A program made the position numbers and the translations under genes. Shown here in pieces: positions 1 to 8,900 of a stretch of 64,000 nt of DNA. The first letter of the stretch is position 1. Every line of letters starts with the position of its first letter. The stretch comes from Candidatus Micrarchaeota archaeon (lineage in GTDB: Archaea > Micrarchaeota > Micrarchaeia > CABMEP01), in assembly GCA_964358895.1 (NCBI GenBank), contig CAYHPR010000001.1, positions 9,218 through 73,217 of the forward strand, read 5' to 3'. The notes beneath the pieces are model-generated. The model was not told where the DNA came from, searched no databases, and worked only from the letters and a program-made list of their open reading frames with translations.

Positions 1-41
1 CTGCTTACCTTTTTTATCCTACATATTCTTTTCCAGTTAAT

Positions 42-818
42 TTGTTTAAACATAAACCAACAAATGGATTTCCATTATTAGTTGGGATTGTCGGAAGCGG
101 CGGTTTCCATTCAGATTATATAAAATATGCTAGATTTATTACTGGATTTGGATACGCAGTCGTTATACCTTCCTACAGAAGTTTGGAGCAGGCTGGAACG
201 GATAAGCTGTTTTTAGCAAAACAAGCAAGCGATGTAGAGATTGGTATCAACCTGATAAAAGAAAAGAGTGAAGTAATAGACTCCTCAAAGATAGTTTTGA
301 TGGGAGGCAGCTTAGGAGCAGCTATTGCAATAGAATTACTAACAAATGGAGTTAAAGCAAAAGATGCTATCCTGTTCAATCCACCTTGCAGACTCAAAAT
401 AATTTATGATAACGCAATGTTTTCTGATGACCAAGTTCTTAGACATGCTGTAGCAACTATTGAAAAAGATCTAAACCTGGATAAACTATCAGTTAAAGAA
501 AAAACTGAGTTGTTAAATAGCTTGTCTCTTCTACCTAAAGTTTCTAAAATAAATATAAACGGTTGCGTATATATAATTCAGGGAGAAACAGATGACATAG
601 TACCTGCTAAAGAGGCTGAAGCTCTACATGAAGAACTTATTAAACTAGGAAAAAATGCAAGGCTGATAAGAACACCCGGAAGTGGCGCTCATTTTGTTTA
701 TAAATTTCAAAAATTTACTGTAAAAAAAGTCTCGACTGAACTACGCTCTTACGTGAACGAAGTTTTTGAACCAATAAGATTAATATCAGAAACTATGCAA
801 ATTTTAGAACAAAAATAA
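42..818 (+). CDS. Alpha/beta-fold hydrolase (peptidase S9/esterase-like); start uncertain near window edge
   Basis: GGSLG nucleophile elbow, IQGETDDIVP acid motif, C-terminal GAH His. Confidence 0.75.
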   Translation: MFKHKPTNGFPLLVGIVGSGGFHSDYIKYARFITGFGYAVVIPSYRSLEQAGTDKLFLAKQASDVEIGINLIKEKSEVIDSSKIVLMGGSLGAAIAIELLTNGVKAKDAILFNPPCRLKIIYDNAMFSDDQVLRHAVATIEKDLNLDKLSVKEKTELLNSLSLLPKVSKININGCVYIIQGETDDIVPAKEAEALHEELIKLGKNARLIRTPGSGAHFVYKFQKFTVKKVSTELRSYVNEVFEPIRLISETMQILEQK

Positions 819-821
819 AAC

Positions 822-2270
822 TCACTTGAGATAATCGGTAATGGTTGGCTGTTCTTTCTTCTTTCTCTTTATCTTTCCTGACTTAATACCTTTAATTATT
901 TTGTGCATTGTTTTCTCACGTGCAGCTGCAACCCATCTGAATGTCTCGTCACGAGTACCTTTGGCAAGTAGAACAATTACTTTACCTTCTTTAGTTCTAC
1001 CGACACGGCCTCTTCGCTGGATAGATCGGATTTCGGATGGAACAGGTTCAAAGAAGATAGCTACATCAACGGCAGGAATATGAATTCCTTCTTCTCCGAT
1101 GCTGCTTGCAACAAGAATATTGAACTTATCAGCAGCAAATTCTTCTAGTGTTTCTTTCTGCAAGTTCCGGGTTCCTTCTTTTTTACCAAGGAAACTCTTT
1201 GCATAAAAATTATTTTCTGTTAGCACTTTAACGATATGATTTACCTGGTCACGATATTGTGCAAAAATAATAACCTTCTTGCCAGCCAGTTCTGGTTCTT
1301 TAAGTTTAGATAAAAGAACCCCCATTTTGGGATGTTCCAGTTTCTTCTCTTGAATTAGTTTCTGGACCTTAAGGATGCGCCAGTCTACGTTTTTTTTCCT
1401 TTCCTTCAACCGCTCTACGAATTGATCGAATGCATAAGGTCCTTCTGTCTCAAGAAGTTCATTACCGTGGAATGCATTATAGAAAACTGAGAAGTGGCCA
1501 AGAGCTGCGAAATATTTATTTTGGATTAATGAGTGATAGATTTGAGAGAGCCGTCCTCGAGAGAGCTTGGTTGTCACTTGAATATTAAGAGAGCTAAGCG
1601 TCTTTGCTTTTTCTTCCATCAGCTGATTCATCAAATTGATTGCTTCTTTCAGTTCAGGTGACAAATCTACATAAACCCATTCTACGTCAAGAGGCTGAAT
1701 ATATTGTTTAACATCTTTCTGAGTATCTGTACGGATTTCTACGTTATCTATGAATAGTGAATCCATTATCTGCTGAATTCTATCTGCTTTGCCGCCAGGG
1801 GACGCCGTAAGACCAATTATCAACAGTCCGTTTTCCTTCGCATGTTTTGCAACATGAGTATATGCATACTTACCTACAGCTCTGTGGCACTCATCAATTA
1901 CTATGCAACCAAAACCTGAGAACAACGCAGGTTGTTCATTTAGATCATTGTTGATTGTCTGAGGAGTGGCTATAATGACTTTTATTTTCTTATCAGCATA
2001 TAGATGAAGTCTGTCATTAGGGTGCATTTCACCAGTTATGACGGTAGGTTCGATGTTGAGATACTCTCTGATCTTTTTATCATGCTGGTCAACTAAAGGT
2101 CTTGTCGGTGCAAGAAACATGCATTTTTTGTCATTTTTCAAAAAATATTCTATAACAAGTGCCCCGATAAGCGTCTTTCCGAGACCCGTTGGTAAGATTA
2201 CTAACGTATTCCCTTTCTTTATGATGTGATCTGCAATCTTCTGTTGATACTCTCTTGCTGTTACTTCCAT
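822..2270 (-). CDS. hef: Hef/FANCM(Mph1)-like SF2 DEAH helicase, helicase domain only
   Basis: REYQ, PTGLGKT, DECH, TASPG, QRRGRVGR motifs; 482 aa with no ERCC4 nuclease domain; C-terminal PIP-like QPTITDYL. Confidence 0.9.
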   Translation of the reverse strand: MEVTAREYQQKIADHIIKKGNTLVILPTGLGKTLIGALVIEYFLKNDKKCMFLAPTRPLVDQHDKKIREYLNIEPTVITGEMHPNDRLHLYADKKIKVIIATPQTINNDLNEQPALFSGFGCIVIDECHRAVGKYAYTHVAKHAKENGLLIIGLTASPGGKADRIQQIMDSLFIDNVEIRTDTQKDVKQYIQPLDVEWVYVDLSPELKEAINLMNQLMEEKAKTLSSLNIQVTTKLSRGRLSQIYHSLIQNKYFAALGHFSVFYNAFHGNELLETEGPYAFDQFVERLKERKKNVDWRILKVQKLIQEKKLEHPKMGVLLSKLKEPELAGKKVIIFAQYRDQVNHIVKVLTENNFYAKSFLGKKEGTRNLQKETLEEFAADKFNILVASSIGEEGIHIPAVDVAIFFEPVPSEIRSIQRRGRVGRTKEGKVIVLLAKGTRDETFRWVAAAREKTMHKIIKGIKSGKIKRKKKEQPTITDYLK

Positions 2271-2351
2271 TAAGAAATTTACGAAAGCTATTTAAAATAA
2301 TCTTAACAGAGTTTAATGTTAGTTCAGTGTAATAGATTTTGTGGGATAAAA

Positions 2352-2549
2352 ATGGCAACTCTTCCTATAGCTGCAGTTGAAAGACTGATCAGATCCGTCG
2401 GTGCAGGCCGCGTAAGTAAAGATGCAGCTGAAGCATTAGCAGCTATTCTTGAACAAAAGGGAGGGCAAATTGCAACTAAAGCAGTCAAACTTGCAAGACA
2501 TGCTGGAAGAAAAACAGTTACCGGCGATGACATAAAACTTGCAGACTAG
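2352..2549 (+). CDS. Archaeal histone (HMf family)
   Basis: MATLPIAAVERLIR...RVSKDA...ARHAGRKTVTGDDI; ATG at 2352. Confidence 0.95.
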   Translation: MATLPIAAVERLIRSVGAGRVSKDAAEALAAILEQKGGQIATKAVKLARHAGRKTVTGDDIKLAD

Positions 2550-2596
2550 GATAGCTAGATATAAAGGAATATAAAGTTCTTCGCACTTATTTTTTT

Positions 2597-3556
2597 ATGG
2601 CAGTTGTTAAAGAAAAAAAAGCAGAAAAACAGTTCGAACAAATGGAACCGAAAGTTGGAAAAAGTATTAGCAACAAAGAGAACTATATCGCGATTATAAA
2701 AAAAGCGGAAGAATTGGATCCTTTAAACACTTCTTTGGCACTTTCTGAATTTAATAGAAAAACGAAAAATCTAAAACTCACAGCAGACCTAGCGACGGTT
2801 CTTTTAGAGCACCAAAAAAATCCAAACACCCTTAGAGGATATAGTGAAACCATACTCAGATTAAATAAAGAAAATGCAGAAGATTTTATAAAAACTCATG
2901 AAGAAGTTTTGTCCGTCCTAAAAAAGGAACACGGGATAGAAAATTTTGGAAGACATCCCTGGAAAGTTCTAAAACAGATGTATGAGGATATAGATAAGAA
3001 GCCGGAGAAGCCGCTTGCTCTATTGATATTTGCCAATTTTGATAACAATGGAGTTTTTTATCGAAGCGCCAAAGTTGTTGAAGAACTATCAAAACATTAC
3101 GAGGTTAAAATAACCGAAGTAAAAACTGACAAAGAGATGGAAGAACAGATCAAGAAGATCTCAGGAAAATACGGTAAAGCGGATTTTGTAATGATAACGG
3201 GACACGGACAATCAGATAGGATTAAACTCTCAGATATTGAAAGTAGAGATCCAGTCGCAGGCTTTTTTGATATTGGAGACATCAATGTGATTAATGCGAT
3301 TGCTTCTGCGACAAACAAAAATGCGAAAGTGTTCTTGAATTCCTGTTCCACTGCTGAAGGAGGTACTCAGTCAATTGCGTCGGCAATACATAAAACCGCG
3401 GGAGTTGAAGTTCACGCACCTCCGGAACCGGCAAGAATAGACTCAATAAAATTTGAATTAAATAAAGAAGGAATTGTTGTAAATGTTAACTATCTAAAAG
3501 AGGAAGGAGAGCCTGTCAAAGAAATAATCTACAAAAAAACAAGTAATACCTTATAA
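2597..3556 (+). CDS. Hypothetical protein with putative clan CD (caspase/CHAT-like) His-Cys peptidase domain
   Basis: hydrophobic strand + GHG (VMITGHG) and strand + SC (VFLNSCST), about 47 aa apart. Confidence 0.5.
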   Translation: MAVVKEKKAEKQFEQMEPKVGKSISNKENYIAIIKKAEELDPLNTSLALSEFNRKTKNLKLTADLATVLLEHQKNPNTLRGYSETILRLNKENAEDFIKTHEEVLSVLKKEHGIENFGRHPWKVLKQMYEDIDKKPEKPLALLIFANFDNNGVFYRSAKVVEELSKHYEVKITEVKTDKEMEEQIKKISGKYGKADFVMITGHGQSDRIKLSDIESRDPVAGFFDIGDINVINAIASATNKNAKVFLNSCSTAEGGTQSIASAIHKTAGVEVHAPPEPARIDSIKFELNKEGIVVNVNYLKEEGEPVKEIIYKKTSNTL

Positions 3557-3958
3557 CCTCATCAACGCATATAGGAGTATTACGTCAAGAATTCCGAATG
3601 CAATAAGCATCAGATTTGCTGCTGAACCAAATATTAATGCGGCAGGTACACCTTCAAGAACCAATAGTTCCATTATAAATACAGAAATAACTGTCAGTGC
3701 CTTTGAAACGAATAATCCGAATTCGAAAACCGCGTAACTACCGACAAAAACAGTTATTATCCATAAAAAAATCGAAAGAGGTTGGAATTCAGTAAACCAT
3801 AATCCGAACGAAGATGCCAGGATTAATAGTAAAAGTGCAACAATTCTTGTCTTAAGCCCTTTCTGAACTTCCTCATGTGAAGGAAGTTTTCTACCTGATC
3901 TAATTGACGGTTTGATTGGTTTTGGATGTCCACTAAATCCACCATACTTTCGCGCCAT
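3551..3958 (-). CDS. Hypothetical membrane protein (about 4 TM)
   Basis: basic N-terminus followed by hydrophobic segments. Confidence 0.7.
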   Translation of the reverse strand: MARKYGGFSGHPKPIKPSIRSGRKLPSHEEVQKGLKTRIVALLLLILASSFGLWFTEFQPLSIFLWIITVFVGSYAVFEFGLFVSKALTVISVFIMELLVLEGVPAALIFGSAANLMLIAFGILDVILLYALMRL

Positions 3959-3977
3959 AACAAAACACCGTTATCGA

Positions 3978-4226
3978 TCAAGCAACTAATGAGACGTCTT
4001 CAATCTGAACTTGACTGACTCCTTTTATGCTCTTAAGCTTCTCTTCGATGTCGCCACCTTCCTTGTCAGAAACAACAACCATTACTTTGAGGGCTTTTGC
4101 TCCGAAGCCTATATCCTCAATTCTTGCATCAACAAGGCGCATAGACTGTGAAATGCTTGCCTTTATTTCATTAAGCTTGGATGCGTCTTCCGCAAAGATC
4201 TTAGCTACTACAGTTACATTTGCCAT
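3978..4226 (-). CDS. ef1b: Translation elongation factor aEF-1beta
   Basis: EDIGFGAKALKV...IEEKLKSIKGVSQVQI signature. Confidence 0.93.
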   Translation of the reverse strand: MANVTVVAKIFAEDASKLNEIKASISQSMRLVDARIEDIGFGAKALKVMVVVSDKEGGDIEEKLKSIKGVSQVQIEDVSLVA

Positions 4227-4320
4227 AAGTTAATTTACAGAAAGTAATAAAAAGCTGTTACGGTATGGTATAGTTATCTGAATTCTGATTCTATTCAGCA
4301 ATATCAGACTAGGTGTAATT

Positions 4321-4467
4321 ATGAAGATATGTATAAGCTGCGGAAAACAAGCAAAACAATATACGGAATTTGAAGATCCAAAAGATGCAGAAAAAATAGT
4401 CAGATGCTTCCATTGTAAAAAGATGGCAATCGAATACAAAACTGCATGTGGATTTATGGGCCCGTAA
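4321..4467 (+). CDS. Small Zn-finger protein, HVO_2753/DUF1610 family (48 aa, not in ORF track)
   Basis: MKICISCG...IVRCFHCKK...YKTACGFMGP*; family usually neighbours aEF-1beta. Confidence 0.85.
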   Translation: MKICISCGKQAKQYTEFEDPKDAEKIVRCFHCKKMAIEYKTACGFMGP

Positions 4468-4478
4468 ACATCTGATTT

Positions 4479-5186
4479 TTAATCAAAATTTATTTTAACT
4501 TGCTTTGTTTTGAATTTTAATTTTCTTAACATATTCTTTGTTGTCGCCCATTCAGACCTCAGATATTTGCTAAGTGTCGGAGTCTCTATGTATTTTTCAA
4601 GACAAGCGATGGTATTGGCATCATGGCTGTAACCTGTCCCAAAATCGCATCGCAGTTCTTTCTTTATCTTCTCAATCTCTGCGTCTCTAACTGTCTTTGC
4701 AATCACACTGGCAGCACTGCAAATAGGAAAGAGAACGTCGGCTTTATGAGAAGAATGCAGTTTTCCTTCGACTTTTACTGAAGAAGAAAGATAAGATTTG
4801 ATCCTATGCGAAAACTTGAGTGCGTCTGGATCTGGTGAATCAAGGTATATGGTTTCGATCTTTTCCAATTTTTTTGGATCTATCTCCTTAATCAGATCAG
4901 CAAGTTTCATTGCTTCAATTGCATTGAGGCTGATTCTCTGTTTCATTAGTGTATTCAGTTCTTTTGCAGTAATCTTTGCAACATGTACTTCACACATCTG
5001 CCTTATTTCAGGAGCTAGCTCCTCTCTTCGTTCAGGCTTCAGAAGTTTTGAATCACGAACTCCAATTTTCTTAAGATCTGATTCTATATCTTTTGGACAG
5101 ATTGCAAGACACATCACTAATGGACCGATGACTGGCCCACGACCGGCTTCATCGGCTCCTGCAACAAACGTAGTAGTTGAGGACAT
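4479..5186 (-). CDS. rnhB: Ribonuclease HII
   Basis: GADEAGRGPVIGPL, DSK, HKAD, SAASVIAK motifs. Confidence 0.96.
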   Translation of the reverse strand: MSSTTTFVAGADEAGRGPVIGPLVMCLAICPKDIESDLKKIGVRDSKLLKPERREELAPEIRQMCEVHVAKITAKELNTLMKQRISLNAIEAMKLADLIKEIDPKKLEKIETIYLDSPDPDALKFSHRIKSYLSSSVKVEGKLHSSHKADVLFPICSAASVIAKTVRDAEIEKIKKELRCDFGTGYSHDANTIACLEKYIETPTLSKYLRSEWATTKNMLRKLKFKTKQVKINFD

Positions 5187-5201
5187 ACCAGTATATAGTA
5201 G
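5186..5201. promoter_or_regulatory. Putative NrdR box in the rnhB/nrdR divergent promoter
   Basis: TACCAGTATATAGTAG shares GTATATAGTAG with the nrdJ box 1; next to TATA-like TATTATAAAA (5203-5212). Confidence 0.55.
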
Positions 5202-5240
5202 ATATTATAAAATAAACCACGACAACAGATCTAAGATAGT

Positions 5241-5693
5241 ATGAAATGCCCTTATTGCTCTCATAAAGAAACCGACGTAATCGATTCAAGGGATACTGAG
5301 GATCTTACGTCTATACGCAGGAGAAGGGAGTGTCCAAACTGTGAAAAAAGGTTTACTACTTATGAAAAAATGGAAGATCTTGGAATGATTATTATCAAAA
5401 AAGACGGAAGGCATGAAAAGTTTGACAAACAGAAACTGATAAAGGGATTGATGAGAGCCTGTGAAAAAAGACCAGTTAGTTTTGAACAGATAGAAGAAAC
5501 TGCGGATGAAATCGAGAGAGAATTGAGGAAAAGGGATGAAAAAGAAATCAGAAGTAGCATAATTGGAGAGTTTGTAATGAAAAAATTGAAGAAACTGGAT
5601 AAAGTTGCATATATCAGATTTGCGTCGGTGTATCGTGAATTCAAAGATGTTTCTGACTTCAAAAAAGAGCTTCAATCGTTGCTTAAAAAATAG
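5241..5693 (+). CDS. nrdR: Transcriptional repressor NrdR (Zn ribbon + ATP-cone)
   Basis: MKCPYC...VIDSR...RRRRECPNCEKRFTTYE...VAYIRFASVYREF. Confidence 0.96.
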   Translation: MKCPYCSHKETDVIDSRDTEDLTSIRRRRECPNCEKRFTTYEKMEDLGMIIIKKDGRHEKFDKQKLIKGLMRACEKRPVSFEQIEETADEIERELRKRDEKEIRSSIIGEFVMKKLKKLDKVAYIRFASVYREFKDVSDFKKELQSLLKK

Positions 5694-5870
5694 AATTTTT
5701 ATTGCAAATAAAAGTTCTGATAGCTAAATTTTCTTTGATAAGATAAATAGAAACACAAACCAACAGATTTAGAAAATAGGATCTAGTTTATGAAAATTTT
5801 GACTTAATTTAAACTTATTTCTGGTTTTATTTTCAACAGTTTTCAAAACTGTTCGAGGTTAAACGTAACC

Positions 5871-5925
5871 TTTATAAACACTGTATATAGTAGTACTAGC
5901 CGTTGCAAACCACAATTGGTTGTGG
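5871..5925 (+). promoter_or_regulatory. nrdJ promoter: TATA box (TTTATAAA 5871-5878) followed by tandem NrdR boxes (5878-5893, 5910-5925)
   Basis: ACACTGTATATAGTAG and palindromic CCACAATTGGTTGTGG resemble consensus acaCwAtATaTwGtgt; starts 32 bp apart. Confidence 0.75.
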
Positions 5926-5978
5926 TTATTCGACATTTGTAGATATTTGGGCACAGGACCAGAGTTTGAGGTGTGAGC

Positions 5979-8900
5979 ATGGAAAAAAAGGGAGAGCAGA
6001 AGGCATCTGATACTAATTTATTACAGAATTTTAGATTTGAAAGGAATTATACTAAAGAGGGAGTTCATCCGTTTGACGAAATCAAATGGGAACATAGAGA
6101 TGCAGTAATTAATGATTCAAAAGGAAAGGTTGTTTTTAGCCAGAAAAATATTGAAGTTCCTGCTTCTTGGTCACAAACTGCAGCAAATATCGCAGTCTCG
6201 AAATATTTCAGAGGAAAACTAGACACTACAGAAAGAGAAACAAGTGTTAAACAGATAGTAACTAGAGTTGCTAAAACAATAACTTATTGGGGACGCAAAG
6301 GAAACTATTTTGCTGATGAAAAAGAAGCAGCCATATATGAAGCTGAACTAACTCACATTCTCGTAAATCAGATGGCTGCATTCAACAGCCCAGTATGGTT
6401 TAATGTTGGATTCGAAAAGGAAAAAGTCCAATGTAGTGCGTGTTTTATCAACTCTGTTCAAGACGACATGAAATCGATCCTGAATTTGGCAGTGACAGAA
6501 GGAATGCTTTTCAAATATGGATCTGGAACAGGATCCAACTTGTCCTCTCTTCGTTCATCAAGAGAACAGTTAAGTGTTGGCGGAATTGCATCAGGACCGG
6601 TTTCTTTCATGAAAGGTTATGACGCATTCGCCGGGGTTATTAAGAGTGGTGGCAGAACGAGAAGAGCTGCTAAAATGGTTATCTTAAACGCAGACCATCC
6701 AGATATTTTAGAATTTATTTGGTGTAAGGCAAAGGAAGAAAAAAAGGCATGGGCACTGATAGATGCAGGTTTTGATCCAAGACTTGATGGAGAAGTTTAC
6801 ACAAACATATTCTTTCAGAATGCAAACAACAGCGTTCGTGTGACTGACGAATTCATGGAAGCAATTGTTAAGGATAACGAATGGAAAACTTACGCAGTCA
6901 CAGACAAGAACAGAGTCGTAGACACACATAGAGCTAAAGATGTAATGAATGCGATCGCAGAGGCTACGCACCAGTGTGGAGATCCCGGCCTCCAATTTGA
7001 TACTACAATCAACAAGTGGCATACTTGTCCGAACAGTGGTAGGATTAATGCGAGTAACCCCTGTGTAACAGGAGATACAAAAGTTTTAACTGAGGGAGGA
7101 AGGTGGATAAGGATAGATAAGTTAGTTGGTAAAGAAAGCAAGGTTATTGTTAATACAGGTTTATTGACAGCTCTCCCAGTTAATGGTTCATTCAAAACTG
7201 GTGAAAAGCCAGTCTATAGAATGACTACAAAAAATGGTTATGAAATAAAATTGACTGCTGATCACAAAGTGTACACTATAAATCGTGATTTCGTTCCTGC
7301 CGCTGAACTGACTAAAGATGACTTTGTTTTGTTACCTGGCTCTCAAGTTGCAGAAATAAAAGACTCTTCGAATTCTAGCTTCTACCAGATGGTTGGAGTT
7401 TATTTAGGAGACGGGTACAGTAATGGAAAAACTATACAATTAACTATGCATCCAACTGAAGAAAAACAAATTTTAGAGAAGTTTGCTACATATCTTTCTG
7501 GTATAGAAAGAACGACGCATAAGAACGGCCCAGGCACAGTTGCACTAACGTCTACAAGCAGTAAACTTACAGTTATAAACAAAAGAGTAATTGAAAGGTT
7601 TACCCAATTAGTAGACCTCAAGCTCCATTCACATGAAAAAACAATTAGTGATGAAATCTTTATCCTGCCTTTAGGTGAACAAAAGAGTATTCTACAAGGG
7701 CTGTTCACGTCTGATGCAACTGTTGCAAACTATGGAGATAAATCACAGTACATTTCACTTGATTCAACCAGTTTAGAACTACTTAAAGGCGTTCAGATAC
7801 TACTTTTAGGATTTGGCATAAAAAGCAAGCTCTATAAGGATCGAAGAGCCGGTAAGTTAAAGAGCTTCTTACCTGATGGAAAAGGTGGTTTAAAGGAATA
7901 CGATGTAAGAGAAATGAATTCTCTTAGGATCTCAAGATCAAGTCGTTACTTATTTGAAAAGCTTATCGGATTTATGTCAGAATCAAAGAAAGCAAAACAA
8001 TTATCTGACATGAATAAACAAGTTGAAACTTACAATGATATGCCATTTGACAGAGTGGAGTCATTGGAATATATCGGAGTAGAAAAAGTATATGATTTGA
8101 CAGAACCAATTACTCATACGTTTGTTGCAAATGGTATCACTATTCACAATTGTAGCGAGTATATGTTTCTTGACGACAGCGCCTGTAACTTAGCAAGCCT
8201 TAATCTAATGAAATTTTATGATGAAAGTAACGGAGTATTTGATGTTGAATCGTTCAAACATGCGAACGCAGTCATGATAACAGCACAAGAAATTATAGTT
8301 GGCAATGCATCTTACCCTACGCCGTCAATTGAAAAGAACAGCCATGACTTCAGGCCGCTAGGTATCGGCTATGCGAATCTTGGAGCGCTACTAATGGCAC
8401 AGGGATTAGCATATGACAGCGATGAAGGAAGAAACTTCGCAGCTGCAATCAGCGCATTGCAGTCCGGATATTGCTATTATATTTCTGCATTAATTGCAAA
8501 TAAGCTCGGTCCGTTCGCAGGTTACAAGAAAAATGAACAACCTATGCTTAACGTAATTGATATGCACAGAAAACATGCATATATGATTGACAGAAATGGA
8601 GCTCCTGAAGAACTTCTCAGTCAAGCAGGAGAAAGCTGGGATCAGGCTTACAAAGCAGGTAAACAATATGGATTCAAAAATGCTCAGATCTCCGTCATCG
8701 CACCTACAGGAACAATTGGATTAATGATGGACTGCGACACCACAGGAATAGAACCTGAAATTGCACTTGTAAAATACAAATGGTTGGTCGGAGGAGGAAT
8801 GATTAAATTTGTCAATCAAACCGTTCCAGTTGCACTAAGAAGGTTAGGATACGCTGATGATCAAATTGATGAAATTCTTAAATATATAGATGAAAACGAT

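Noticed and set aside
4230..4439. 69-aa minus-strand ORF upstream of ef1b
   Set aside because: It is antisense to the recognisable DUF1610 gene at 4321-4467
5694..5970. Cobalamin riboswitch upstream of nrdJ
   Set aside because: No B12-box or other conserved riboswitch core is visible; the region is AT-rich and holds NrdR boxes instead
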